Shown here piece by piece: positions 20,104-30,059 of a DNA stretch of 64,000 nt. Location of the stretch: the NCBI GenBank assembly GCA_023244815.1, contig JAHFLQ010000001.1, positions 31,037 through 95,036 of the forward strand. The letters run 5' to 3'. Source of the DNA: a bacterium. Lineage in GTDB: Bacteria > Patescibacteriota > Minisyncoccia > UBA6257 > WO2-44-18. The notes below the pieces were generated by a model. It was given only the letters and a program-made list of their open reading frames with translations, made no database searches and was not told where the DNA came from. The first letter of the stretch is position 1, and each line of letters opens with the position of its first letter. The position numbers were made by a program, and so were the translations under genes.

Positions 20104-21375
20104 ATGGCCGAATTCCAAAAGAAAACCTTAAAAAATGGGCTTAGGGTAGTGATGATTCCCAGACCCGATAGTTTGTCGACTACGGTGTTGGTATTGGTGG
20201 AGGCCGGGTCCAAGTACGAAACTAAGAATATTAACGGCATCTCCCATTTTTTGGAGCACATGTGTTTTAAGGGGACGACCAAGCGGCCAAAAGCGATTGA
20301 TATTGCCGGCCAGCTTGACCGGATCGGTTCCGAATACAACGCCTTTACTTCGCAGGAATGGACCGGCTATTTTGCCAAAGCCGCGGCCAAGCATAACAGT
20401 ACGATTCTGGACGTGGTTTGCGATTTATATTTGAATCCGACACTCGATCCGGCAGAAATTGAAAAAGAAAAAGGCGTGGTGATCGAGGAACTGAATATGT
20501 ATGAAGATACGCCGCAAAGAAAGGTGCAGGATTTGTTTCTGGAGCTTGTCTACGGCGACCAGCCGGCCGGTTGGGACGTGGGCGGCAAGAAAGAAATTAT
20601 CCGCGCGCTCAATCGCGATAAAATTATTGATTATCGCAGCAAGCATTATGTTGGCAGGGCCACGGTAGTAGCGGTAGCGGGAAATTTTAACGAGAAAAAA
20701 ATGCTGGCGCAGATTGAAAAATGTTTTGCTAATGTCAGCGAAAAGAAAAAGTTCGGCAAAGTAAAAACAATTGAAAAGCAAACCAAGCCGGCAGTGCTGG
20801 TGCGCCACAAGGAGTCTGATCAAACCCATCTGGTAATTGGTTGCCGGGCGTTTGACCTTTTTGATCCCCGTAAGTACGCGCTGGAGGTTTTGGGCGACGT
20901 GTTGGGCGGGGGAATGAGCTCGCGGCTTTTCCAGCGCGTACGCGAACAGCTGGGGGCGGCTTATTATGTACGCGCCGGAGCGGACTTATCGACCGACCAC
21001 GGCCTTTTTGGCGTTTCTGCTGGCGTGGATCATAAAAAGCTCGAGGTGGTAATTAAGGCGATTCTGGATGAGCTGAATAGGTTGGCGAAGGGCGAGCTTG
21101 GCGACAGAGAGCTGGCCGATGCTAAAGACCATCTGACCGGAAAAATGATGTTGGGACTGGAAGGTTCGGACGAGCTGGCGATGTTCTATGGCGGCCAGGA
21201 GATTTTAGAGCGGGCAATGAAGACGCCAGCTGATGTAGTTACCGCTATAAACAAAGTTAAGGGAAAAGACGTTATATCAGTAGCGAGGGATATCTTTAAG
21301 GATGCCGGTCTAAATATGGCGTTAATTGGGCCATATAAGGACAAGGCCCCGTTCGCCAAGATTTTACATTTTTAA
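20104..21375 (+). CDS. M16 family (pitrilysin-like) zinc peptidase
   Basis: HFLEH inverted zinc motif, NAFTS, GGGMSSRLFQRVRE. Confidence 0.93.
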   Translation: MAEFQKKTLKNGLRVVMIPRPDSLSTTVLVLVEAGSKYETKNINGISHFLEHMCFKGTTKRPKAIDIAGQLDRIGSEYNAFTSQEWTGYFAKAAAKHNSTILDVVCDLYLNPTLDPAEIEKEKGVVIEELNMYEDTPQRKVQDLFLELVYGDQPAGWDVGGKKEIIRALNRDKIIDYRSKHYVGRATVVAVAGNFNEKKMLAQIEKCFANVSEKKKFGKVKTIEKQTKPAVLVRHKESDQTHLVIGCRAFDLFDPRKYALEVLGDVLGGGMSSRLFQRVREQLGAAYYVRAGADLSTDHGLFGVSAGVDHKKLEVVIKAILDELNRLAKGELGDRELADAKDHLTGKMMLGLEGSDELAMFYGGQEILERAMKTPADVVTAINKVKGKDVISVARDIFKDAGLNMALIGPYKDKAPFAKILHF

Positions 21376-21401
21376 CAATTTATAGTTATATATAGGTAAT
21401 G

Positions 21402-21520
21402 CCTCCAGTTAGAGACAATCAAATGATGAATATGCGATTTATTAAAGCAATCACCACTTTTACTAATAACCGCTGTCGGGCGGTTGTGCTACGGTCGTCT
21501 AAGGACGACCGGTCTCTAAC
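21402..21520. mobile_element. degenerate CCCGTTAGA-family element, copy F, flanked by GTAATG direct repeats
   Basis: GTTAGAGAC (21408-21416) ... GTCTCTAAC (21512-21520). GTAATG at 21396-21401 and 21521-21526. Confidence 0.55.
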
Positions 21521-21523
21521 GTA

Positions 21524-22543
21524 ATGGACCAGAAAGTTCCAAGTATTAGCTGGGGTAGCTTGTGGCGGGCCTTGTTTATGATCGTTTTAGCTGTCATTTT
21601 GTTTTTGGCGCGCGATATTCTATTATCGCTGTTTTTGGCTATTGTGATTTCTTCTGCCCTTGACCCGATTGTTACCTGGTTAGAGAAGAAAAAAATTCCG
21701 AGACTACTCAGCACCCTCGCCTTATACATAATCATCATCTTTTTAATTGCGCTCATCGCTTATGCTATTGTTCCGATCGCCCTTTCCGAATTTACCAATT
21801 TCTTGAGCAATATCGGGAAATATTCCGGCGCACTATTTAATGTTGTGAACACTTCTGGGCTGATCGAATCGGTGAATCAGGCGTTGGCTAAGGTTAGCAA
21901 CCTGCTCCTCTCCGGCAGCACCTCTCTTCTTGATGTGGGCAGTAAGTTTTTGGGCGGATTAGCCTCGGTTGTTTCTGTCTTTGTCCTTTCGTTTTATCTG
22001 ACTGTTGGCAAAGACGGCGTAGGGCGATTTTTAGTCACTATCTTGCCTTCGGCCTATGAATCAAAGGTAATCGGATTGTACGAAAGGATAAAAAAGAAAA
22101 TGGGCAATTGGCTGGCTGGCCAATTGGTCTTGAGTGGCGTTTTCGGACTGATGGTTTACATTGGCCTTACCATTTTGGGGGTTAAATACAGTCTGCTTTT
22201 AGGCGTTCTGGCCGGTATTCTTGAGCTGGTTCCTTTTGTTGGTCCGATTTTCAGTGGCAGCGTTGCCGTTTTAGTTGGGCTGACCGGCTCAGTTCAGCTC
22301 GCTTTTTACACGCTAATCTTTTTCATTATTCTTCAACAATTAGAGGGGCACTTATTAGTGCCGGCAGTTAGCAAATTTTCCACTGACCTTGATTCGGTGG
22401 TAGTACTGGTTTCGATTTTAATCGGAGCCAAAGTTTTTGGCATTATAGGTTTAGTCTTGGCAGTGCCGGCAGCGGTGCTTTTGCAGGAATTGGTGGAAGA
22501 CTGGTCTCAAGCTAAAGCCCGAAGGCGTGGACTTGGACTCTAA
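21524..22543 (+). CDS. AI-2E family transporter (PerM/TqsA-like)
   Basis: Multi-TM; LELVPFVGP, QQLEGHLLVP, GIIGLVLAVP. Confidence 0.9.
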   Translation: MDQKVPSISWGSLWRALFMIVLAVILFLARDILLSLFLAIVISSALDPIVTWLEKKKIPRLLSTLALYIIIIFLIALIAYAIVPIALSEFTNFLSNIGKYSGALFNVVNTSGLIESVNQALAKVSNLLLSGSTSLLDVGSKFLGGLASVVSVFVLSFYLTVGKDGVGRFLVTILPSAYESKVIGLYERIKKKMGNWLAGQLVLSGVFGLMVYIGLTILGVKYSLLLGVLAGILELVPFVGPIFSGSVAVLVGLTGSVQLAFYTLIFFIILQQLEGHLLVPAVSKFSTDLDSVVVLVSILIGAKVFGIIGLVLAVPAAVLLQELVEDWSQAKARRRGLGL

Positions 22544-22575
22544 AACCGCTATAATGACATAGCGGTTTTTAATTT

Positions 22576-24027
22576 ATGAACAAATTCTATATTACAACTT
22601 CAATTCCTTATGTGAATTCTGCTCCCCACCTGGGGAACGTTTTGGATTCTTTATACGCGGATGTACTGGCGCGTTACAAGCGCCAGCGCGGATTTGACGT
22701 CCGTTTTTTGACCGGATCGGATGAACACGGGGCTAAAATTATCCGGAGCGCGGCAGCGGCGGGATTAACTCCAAAAGAATTTGTTGATAAAAATTCAGCG
22801 GAATTTCGCAGTCTCAAGGAGACATTAAATTTATCTTGGGACGATTTTATTCGCACCAGCGATCGGGAGCGGCATTGGCCGGGGACGGAAAAATTTTGGA
22901 AAAAATTAGAAGAAGCAGGGGATTTGCATAAAAAAATATACAAAGGATTATACTGCGTTGGCCACGAGGCTTTTGTGACAGAGAAGGACTTAGAGAATGG
23001 TAATTGCAAAGACCATCAGAGGAAGCCGGAAATTATCGAAGAGGAGAACTGGTTTTTCAAGCTCTCCAAGTATTCCAAAGAAATCTACAAGCAGATTATT
23101 ACCGACAAGTTCAAAATCTTTCCGGAAACGCGCAAAAACGAAATCCTCTCACTGTTGGAGACCGGACTTGAAGACGTCAGTTTTTCCCGGCCCAGCAAAG
23201 ATTTAAACTGGGGCGTGCCGGTGCCGGGCGATTCGACGCAAACTATGTATGTCTGGGCGGAAGCCCTGGCCAGCTACATTTCCTCTCTGGGATACGGGAG
23301 CAAAAATGAATCGATGTTTGCAAAGTATTGGCCGGCAGATGTGCAGATAATCGGCAAAGATAATCTGCGGTTTCATGCCGCTATCTGGCCGGGAATGCTG
23401 CTCGCGGCTGGCTTACCTCTGCCTATATCTCTTTTTGTGCACGGATTTTTGACCGTGGACGGGCAGAAGATATCAAAAACTGTCGGCAACGTAATCGATC
23501 CGGTCGAGCTGGTTAAGAAATACGGCACCGATGCCGTACGTTATTATTTGCTGAAAGAGATTTCTCCATTTGAAGATGGCGATTTCAGCTATGAAAAATT
23601 CGAACAGCTTTATAACGGCGACTTGGCCAACGGCCTTGGTAATTTCGTCGCCCGCGTTTTGACTGTCGGGGAAAAGGCGGGCGAATTTGACCCAGCTCTG
23701 GAGAAGAAATTACCAAAAGAAATTTTAACCAAAATAGAATTAGTGAAAAAGGCAGTTGACGAAAAGCTGGACCAATTTAAATTAAACGAAGCACTCGTGG
23801 CGGTTTGGGAATTGGTTCATTATGGTGACAGTTATGTTAATACCCGGAAGCTTTGGGAAGGAGATAAAAAACAAGAAATCTTCAACACGCTAACTTTGCT
23901 GGACAACCTTGCGGCTATTCTTCGGCCATTTTTGCCGGAAACCGCAAAGAAAATTACCGATAGCATCTGCTGGACCAATAATCAATTAGAAATAAAAAAG
24001 TCCGCGGTTTTGTTTCCGAGGGTATGA
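22576..24027 (+). CDS. metG: methionine--tRNA ligase
   Basis: TTSIPYVNSAPHLG, GSDEHG, YVW, GKDNLRFH, KISKT. Confidence 0.95.
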   Translation: MNKFYITTSIPYVNSAPHLGNVLDSLYADVLARYKRQRGFDVRFLTGSDEHGAKIIRSAAAAGLTPKEFVDKNSAEFRSLKETLNLSWDDFIRTSDRERHWPGTEKFWKKLEEAGDLHKKIYKGLYCVGHEAFVTEKDLENGNCKDHQRKPEIIEEENWFFKLSKYSKEIYKQIITDKFKIFPETRKNEILSLLETGLEDVSFSRPSKDLNWGVPVPGDSTQTMYVWAEALASYISSLGYGSKNESMFAKYWPADVQIIGKDNLRFHAAIWPGMLLAAGLPLPISLFVHGFLTVDGQKISKTVGNVIDPVELVKKYGTDAVRYYLLKEISPFEDGDFSYEKFEQLYNGDLANGLGNFVARVLTVGEKAGEFDPALEKKLPKEILTKIELVKKAVDEKLDQFKLNEALVAVWELVHYGDSYVNTRKLWEGDKKQEIFNTLTLLDNLAAILRPFLPETAKKITDSICWTNNQLEIKKSAVLFPRV

Positions 24028-24866
24028 TTTTTGACGTTCACACTCATATCCATTTCCCTGCCTACGACCAAGATAGAGCCGAAGTTTTAAAACGTGCCAA
24101 CGAATGCGGAGTTAAGATGATCTGTGTCGGGACGCAGGCCTCAACTTCGGAGTCTGCAATCAAACTGGCAGAAAAAAACCCAAACGATATATGGGCAACA
24201 GTCGGATTTCACCCGAACCACCTCGCCGAAGAATGGTACTACGACAAGAAAGAGCAATCTGCCGACTCGCCGGAGAAATTTGACATTGATCGCCTGCGGG
24301 AGCTTGCGGAGAATCCGAAAGTCGTTGCGATCGGAGAGTGCGGACTGGATTATTACCGGTTACCAGCTAATAACCAAGAACTAATAACTAATAACAAGAA
24401 ACGGCAAAGGGATGTTTTTAGCCAGCAAATCCAACTAGCGCTTTCGTCGACGAAGGCGCTGATGATTCACTCGCGACCATCAAAAGGAACGGACGACGCA
24501 TATGAGGACACTCTCAATCTCGTTGCTTCATTTAAAGCGCTACCGCCGGCGGTAGCGCACTTTTATGTTGGTTCGCTCGCTATTACAAAACGGCTTTTGG
24601 ATGCCGGATTTTATTTCACGTTTGGTGGTGTGATCACTTTTTCTCGCGATTATGACGAGATTTTAAAATATATTCCGCTCGATAGGATATTGCTTGAAAC
24701 CGACGCGCCGTATGTGGCGCCCGCACTATACCGCGGCCGTCGCAATGAACCGGCCTATATTGTCGAAACTGCCAAAGCGCTTGCGCAAATTAAGAACGTC
24801 AGTTTTGAAGAAGTCTCGCAACAGACAACCGTAAACGCTTTAAAAAATTTTCGTATTAGTATATAG
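24024..24866 (+). CDS. tatD: TatD family hydrolase
   Basis: DVHTH, GFHP, IGECGLDY, IHSR, LETDAPY. Confidence 0.93.
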   Translation: MIFDVHTHIHFPAYDQDRAEVLKRANECGVKMICVGTQASTSESAIKLAEKNPNDIWATVGFHPNHLAEEWYYDKKEQSADSPEKFDIDRLRELAENPKVVAIGECGLDYYRLPANNQELITNNKKRQRDVFSQQIQLALSSTKALMIHSRPSKGTDDAYEDTLNLVASFKALPPAVAHFYVGSLAITKRLLDAGFYFTFGGVITFSRDYDEILKYIPLDRILLETDAPYVAPALYRGRRNEPAYIVETAKALAQIKNVSFEEVSQQTTVNALKNFRISI

Positions 24867-24896
24867 TTTTACTAGTTATTTAAAAAGGAGGCGCAG

Positions 24897-25280
24897 GTGA
24901 TTAACTCGGCCAAGCTCCAGGAAGTGATTGCCAAATTGTCCGCCATGACCAAGAAGAAAGAAATCGAGTGGTCTGGTGGCGACCTGATCGCTTGGCAGTG
25001 CAATTTAAAGGGCTCTTGTATTTACGTCTGGTGGTATCAGGATGGCAAGCCCAATATTTCGATCAACGACGCAAATGCCGAAGGATACGACCTTGGTATC
25101 CACGAACTGTTAGTTGAAATCCGCAAGCAAAAAGAGCCGCCGAATTTCAAGGAATTGATCAAGCGAGGAGAAAACGATAAGACTCGAATTGCCGCAGAGA
25201 AAGCCATGGCGATGAATGCGGAAGTCGAGAAGTTTTTGGCTACTGCACCCAAACAAAAACCCAAACGCAAAAGCCGCTGA
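24897..25280 (+). CDS. hypothetical protein
   Basis: Strong SD AAGGAGG before GTG; terminator AAAAGCCGCTGAAAAGCGGCTTTTTTT overlaps the stop. Confidence 0.65.
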   Translation: MINSAKLQEVIAKLSAMTKKKEIEWSGGDLIAWQCNLKGSCIYVWWYQDGKPNISINDANAEGYDLGIHELLVEIRKQKEPPNFKELIKRGENDKTRIAAEKAMAMNAEVEKFLATAPKQKPKRKSR

Positions 25281-25310
25281 AAAGCGGCTTTTTTTATTGA
25301 GCGAAGCGAA

Positions 25311-25344
25311 ACCCCGTTAGATTGCAGCCTCGATCTAACAGGGT
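25311..25344. mobile_element. minimal CCCGTTAGA-family element, copy C (34 bp), inside a REP-like palindrome
   Basis: ACCCCGTTAGAT-N10-ATCTAACAGGGT, with outer arms GAGCGAAGCGA ... TCGCTTTGCTT. Confidence 0.65.
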
Positions 25345-25402
25345 AGCTCTTAATTCTAGATAAGCTTTGTCGCTTTGCTTCAAATCTTATAGAATTAAGG
25401 CA

Positions 25403-27721
25403 ATGGCAAAGTACGATTTCAAAAAGATTGAAAAAAAGTGGCAGAAAATCTGGGCAAAAAATAACTATAAAATCTGGCACGCAGATGATTCCGGCAAGAA
25501 AAAAGCCTATGTGCTGGATATGTTTCCTTACCCGTCCGGCGACGGTTTGCATGTTGGACACGTGGAGGGGTATACCGCCTCCGACATTTACAGCCGATTT
25601 TTGCGGATGAACGGCCATAATGTACTCCATCCGATGGGCTGGGACGCTTTTGGTTTGCCGGCGGAAAATTATGCCATTAAAAAGAAAATCCACCCGAGCT
25701 TGGTAGTAAAAAACAATGTCAAGAATTTTACCCGCCAGTTAAATAGTCTGGGGTTTAGTTACGATTGGCAGAGAGAAATCAATACCACCGACCCACATTA
25801 TTACAGATGGACGCAGTGGATTTTTCTCCAGCTTTTCAAAAGGGGGCTAGCCTACGAAGCGGAGATACCGGTCAATTGGTGCCCGTCGGATAAAACCGTG
25901 CTGGCCAATGAAGAAGTAACGGAAGGATGCTGCGAGCGGTGCGGGTCCAGAGTTGAGCGGCGCCAGTTAAAGCAATGGATTTTGAAAATTACCGCCTATG
26001 CCGATCGATTGCTCACGGATTTGGAGGAGTTGAATTGGCCGGAGAAAGTTAAAGAAATGCAGAAAAACTGGATCGGCCGTTCCGAAGGAGCGTTGATCAA
26101 ATTTCATCTTGTTTGTGATCGAGTTTGTACCGAAGACGACGTCGAAGTTTTTACCACTCGCGCCGACACGCTGGCCGGCGCGACCTATCTAGTACTCGCT
26201 CCCGAGCACCCGTCAATCCAGAAGCTGGAATCTAGAATTCAGAATCTAGAATCAGTCAGGAAGTATATCGAACAAGCAAAAAACAAAAGCGAAAGAGAGC
26301 GGCAGGAAAATAAAGAAAAAACCGGGGTGGAGCTGAAAGGTATTCGGGCGGCCAATCCGATCAATGGAAAAGAAATTCCGGTTTGGATTTCCGACTATGT
26401 TCTGGTTCATTACGGTACCGGCGCGATCATGGCCGTGCCGCAGCACGACGAGCGCGATAAAGAATTTGCCACGAAATTTCATCTGCCGATTATTGATGAG
26501 CCGCTGATTCCAAAAGAGGAAGTGGTTGCCAAGGTTGGCGGTAAAAGAACAGTTAATTATAAATTGCGCGACTGGATCTTTTCCCGTCAGCGTTATTGGG
26601 GCGAGCCGATTCCGATTATCAAATGCGAACAATGCGGCAATCAGCCGGTGCCGGAAAAGGACTTGCCGGTTGAACTGCCTAAAGTTAAGAATTACGAACC
26701 GACTGGCAATGCCGAGTCGCCGTTAGCGGGGATTAAGAGTTGGGTTAATGTAAAATGCCCGAATTGCCAAGGACCAGCGAAGCGCGAGACTAATACTATG
26801 CCCCAATGGGCAGGATCCTGCTGGTATTATTTGCGCTATCTTGATCTCACAAATAAAAAAATACTCGTTGATCCAAAAAAAGAGAAGCACTGGATGCCGG
26901 TGGATCTTTACATCGGCGGCGTTGAACATGCGGTGCTTCATCTTTTATACGCTCGTTTTTGGCACAAAGTTTTATTTGATATCGGTGCGGCTTCCACGAA
27001 AGAACCTTTTACAAAGTTAGTGAATCAAGGATTGATTCTCGGGCCGGATGGCCAGAAGATGTCCAAATCGCGCGGCAATGTGGTTAATCCCGACGACATG
27101 GTTAAGGAATTCGGCGCCGATTCGCTCCGGCTGTACGAGATGTTTATGGGACCGTTAGAGGATGCCAAGCCGTGGGATCCCCGAGGGATTGTCGGCCTCT
27201 ACCGTTTTTTGGCCAGGGCATATAATCTTTTTTCCGTAGTAGCGAAAGGAGCGAAGTCCAGCGAAGCCGCGATTAAATTACTTAACAAAACGATCAAGAA
27301 GGTTAGCGAAGATATTCAGAGTTTCCATTTCAATACGGCAATTTCCGCCATGATGATTTTATTAAATGAAATGGAAAAATCAGGCGTTGGGCCAGTAGAG
27401 CTGGCCGTGCTGGCTAGAATGCTCTCACCATTCGCGCCTCACCTCGCGCAGGAGTGCTGGTCGCTACTCGGTAAAAAGTCCTTGCTAGACTATGAGCAAT
27501 GGCCGGCTTGGGACGAATCGTTAGTTGCCGAAGAAATTTTCGAACTGCTCATTCAAATCAACGGCAAGATGCGGCACAAAACGGTTGTGAAAAAGGGAAT
27601 TGGCCAGAGAGAAGCAGAAGCGCAGGCGCTCCAGCATCCGGAAATCAAAAAGTGGCTAAAGGGCAAACAACCGCAGAAGGTTATCTTCGTTAAAGACCGC
27701 TTGATTAATTTTATAGTTTAG
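25403..27721 (+). CDS. leuS: leucine--tRNA ligase
   Basis: MFPYPSGDGLHVGH, GWDAFGLPAEN, SRQRYWGEPIP, GGVEHA, KMSKS. Confidence 0.96.
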   Translation: MAKYDFKKIEKKWQKIWAKNNYKIWHADDSGKKKAYVLDMFPYPSGDGLHVGHVEGYTASDIYSRFLRMNGHNVLHPMGWDAFGLPAENYAIKKKIHPSLVVKNNVKNFTRQLNSLGFSYDWQREINTTDPHYYRWTQWIFLQLFKRGLAYEAEIPVNWCPSDKTVLANEEVTEGCCERCGSRVERRQLKQWILKITAYADRLLTDLEELNWPEKVKEMQKNWIGRSEGALIKFHLVCDRVCTEDDVEVFTTRADTLAGATYLVLAPEHPSIQKLESRIQNLESVRKYIEQAKNKSERERQENKEKTGVELKGIRAANPINGKEIPVWISDYVLVHYGTGAIMAVPQHDERDKEFATKFHLPIIDEPLIPKEEVVAKVGGKRTVNYKLRDWIFSRQRYWGEPIPIIKCEQCGNQPVPEKDLPVELPKVKNYEPTGNAESPLAGIKSWVNVKCPNCQGPAKRETNTMPQWAGSCWYYLRYLDLTNKKILVDPKKEKHWMPVDLYIGGVEHAVLHLLYARFWHKVLFDIGAASTKEPFTKLVNQGLILGPDGQKMSKSRGNVVNPDDMVKEFGADSLRLYEMFMGPLEDAKPWDPRGIVGLYRFLARAYNLFSVVAKGAKSSEAAIKLLNKTIKKVSEDIQSFHFNTAISAMMILLNEMEKSGVGPVELAVLARMLSPFAPHLAQECWSLLGKKSLLDYEQWPAWDESLVAEEIFELLIQINGKMRHKTVVKKGIGQREAEAQALQHPEIKKWLKGKQPQKVIFVKDRLINFIV

Positions 27722-27741
27722 GGTATAGTATAGACAGATTT

Positions 27742-28011
27742 TTGAAATTGAGGTGCTTTGTGGGAGTTTGGTCGTTCAAGACATGTGGGTTTTGCCAAGG
27801 CACTGGGGTCAATGTGCCGAGGGCTAAATATGAACAGTGGCAGAGACTGTTTAAGAGCTTAATCACTAAGGCCGTGCAGAGAGGCGACTCCCGCCTGGTG
27901 TATGACCGGACCAGGAATCGCCTGGAAAAGATTTTGAAATCACGACCCCCATGCTCTTTTTGTAACGGTACAGGTGCATACAATAAAAAAGAAGCCGATG
28001 AAGAAATTTAG
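27742..28011 (+). CDS. small protein with two CxxCxGxG motifs (DnaJ-type zinc finger-like)
   Basis: CGFCQGTG and CSFCNGTG; start may be GTG 27760 after GAGG. Confidence 0.6.
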   Translation: MKLRCFVGVWSFKTCGFCQGTGVNVPRAKYEQWQRLFKSLITKAVQRGDSRLVYDRTRNRLEKILKSRPPCSFCNGTGAYNKKEADEEI

Positions 28012-28097
28012 CCGCATTGCGCATAGTGCGGCTTTTTTAATTGCTGGCTCAAAATTTTCAATCCGTAGGAGTGGAAAATTTTGCAAGCAGCAATATA

Positions 28098-28201
28098 ATC
28101 CCGTTAGATGCGGGGAAGGTAATATAATTAATTTAATTCGTTATTTGTTAACCAATATACCAATTTAGCCAAAACTTTGATTGGCCGCTATCTAACGGGA
28201 T
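28098..28201. mobile_element. CCCGTTAGA-family element, copy B (104 bp), inverted homolog of copy A
   Basis: ATCCCGTTAGATGCGG ... GATTGGCCGCTATCTAACGGGAT. Confidence 0.75.
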
Positions 28202-28204
28202 GCT

Positions 28205-28259
28205 CGTAATCTTATAAATTTCGCGCTTGCGTACGCAAGCTAAAATTTATAAGATTACG
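28205..28259. repeat. long palindrome immediately before the glmS ATG
   Basis: CGTAATCTTATAAATTT ... GCTTGCGTACGCAAGC ... AAATTTATAAGATTACG. Confidence 0.8.
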
Positions 28260-28261
28260 GC

Positions 28262-30049
28262 ATGTGCGGCATCGCCGGATATATAGGAAAGAAAGAGGGT
28301 CTGCCGATTGTTTTCACTAATTTGCGGAAATTAGAATATCGGGGCTACGATTCAGCCGGCGTGGCCTTTTTCGATTTCCGCGGGAACGGCAAACTCATTA
28401 AAACTGTTGGCAAGCTGGACAACCTGGAAAAGCTTATAAAAAATAAAAAATCTTTACCACTGACGGCCGTTGTCGGCCACACTCGATGGGCTACCCACGG
28501 AGTGCCGAACAAAGCCAACGCGCATCCTCACGCGGACTGCGATGGCAAAATCTTTTTGGTTCATAACGGCATCATTGAAAATTATCAAGAACTAAAAGAA
28601 AGTTTAATTAAAAAAGGGCATAACTTTCGATCCCAAACTGATACAGAAGTCGCCGCTCATTTGGTAGAAGAATACGGCTTTGAACCGGCCCTGAAAAAGA
28701 TAGTTGGCGCTTACGCTCTCGCGGTAATTTATAAAAATGATCCGGGCAAAATTTATGTTGCGAGACTAGGCAGTCCCTTGGTAGTCGGTGTTGGGCAAGA
28801 TGAGTATTATGTAGCTTCCGACCCTACTGCCTTGGCTGGCTTAGTTAAAAAAGTAATTTATTTAAAAGATGGCCAACGAGGAGTTTTGTCGCTGAACAGC
28901 ATGCTCATTGGTCCGGCGCGGCCGAAAATAGAACCGCTGGATATTGATCCGGAACAAGCCCAAAAAGGCGACTTTCCGCACTTTATGCTCAAGGAGATTT
29001 TTGAGGGGCCGGAAGTTTTGCTTTCCGCTTTACGAGGGCGTTTGATGCCTGACAAAGGAATAGTGAAATTGGGCGGATTGGAGGGCGTAGCTGATCAACT
29101 GCGAAAAGTAGACAAAATGGAAATTCTTGCTTGCGGCACTTCTTACTATTCCGGCCTGGTGGGCGAGTTATTATTTGAAGAATTTGCCAGGATTCCTACC
29201 GAAGTTTTACTTGCTTCCGAGTACCGATATCGCAAACTTCCAGTGAAAAAGGGAACTGGAGCGCTGTTCATTTCTCAATCCGGAGAAACTGCTGACACTT
29301 TGGCGGCGCTCCGCAAGGCTAATAACCACAAACTTTTAACATTGGGGATTGTAAACGCGGTTGGTTCCAGCATTGCTCGCGAAACGAAAGCGGGAGTTTA
29401 TAATCATGCTGGTCCGGAAATTGGCGTTGCCTCCACCAAAGCCTTTCTCTCACAGCTTGGGGTCCTAACCCTGATGTCTCTTTACTTCAATCCCAGAAAA
29501 ACTAAGAATCACAAAGAATTTTTGGAAGAGTTGGCGGCCATACCGTTAAAAATAAGGAGCATTTTGAAAGAAAGCAATCAGATAAAAACACTGGCAAAAA
29601 AATATTTGAAATACAATAATTTTCTGTATTTGGGACGTGGCTACAATTATCCGACAGCTTTGGAAGGAGCATTAAAGCTTAAAGAAATTTCTTATGTGCA
29701 TGCCGAAGGTTACGCTGGCGGCGAGATGAAGCATGGACCGATAGCTCTTATAGATAAAAATTTCCCCACCATTGCCGTGGTAACTAAAAATCTGGTTTAT
29801 GAAAAGATGATCTCCAATTTAGAGGAGATCAAAGCGCGTTCCGGGCCAATTTTGGCCATTGCCACAGCCGGAGATAAAAAGATCGCTAAATTAGCTGACG
29901 ATGTTTTTTATGTTCCTAAGACGGCAGAACCCCTGGAGGCGATGCTGAATATCATACCTCTGCAGCTTTTCGCCTATTATTTTGGAACGCTCCGCGGGCA
30001 CGACGTGGACAAGCCGAGAAATCTTGCTAAAAGTGTAACGGTAGAGTAA
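28262..30049 (+). CDS. glmS: glutamine--fructose-6-phosphate transaminase
   Basis: MCGI, LEYRGYDSAG, GHTRWATHG, SQSGETADT, DKPRNLAKSVTVE. Confidence 0.97.
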   Translation: MCGIAGYIGKKEGLPIVFTNLRKLEYRGYDSAGVAFFDFRGNGKLIKTVGKLDNLEKLIKNKKSLPLTAVVGHTRWATHGVPNKANAHPHADCDGKIFLVHNGIIENYQELKESLIKKGHNFRSQTDTEVAAHLVEEYGFEPALKKIVGAYALAVIYKNDPGKIYVARLGSPLVVGVGQDEYYVASDPTALAGLVKKVIYLKDGQRGVLSLNSMLIGPARPKIEPLDIDPEQAQKGDFPHFMLKEIFEGPEVLLSALRGRLMPDKGIVKLGGLEGVADQLRKVDKMEILACGTSYYSGLVGELLFEEFARIPTEVLLASEYRYRKLPVKKGTGALFISQSGETADTLAALRKANNHKLLTLGIVNAVGSSIARETKAGVYNHAGPEIGVASTKAFLSQLGVLTLMSLYFNPRKTKNHKEFLEELAAIPLKIRSILKESNQIKTLAKKYLKYNNFLYLGRGYNYPTALEGALKLKEISYVHAEGYAGGEMKHGPIALIDKNFPTIAVVTKNLVYEKMISNLEEIKARSGPILAIATAGDKKIAKLADDVFYVPKTAEPLEAMLNIIPLQLFAYYFGTLRGHDVDKPRNLAKSVTVE

Positions 30050-30059
30050 GGTGGCGCTT

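Noticed and set aside
28040-28261. glmS ribozyme in the glmS leader
   Set aside because: I could not find the conserved catalytic core; the structure is explained by repeat elements.
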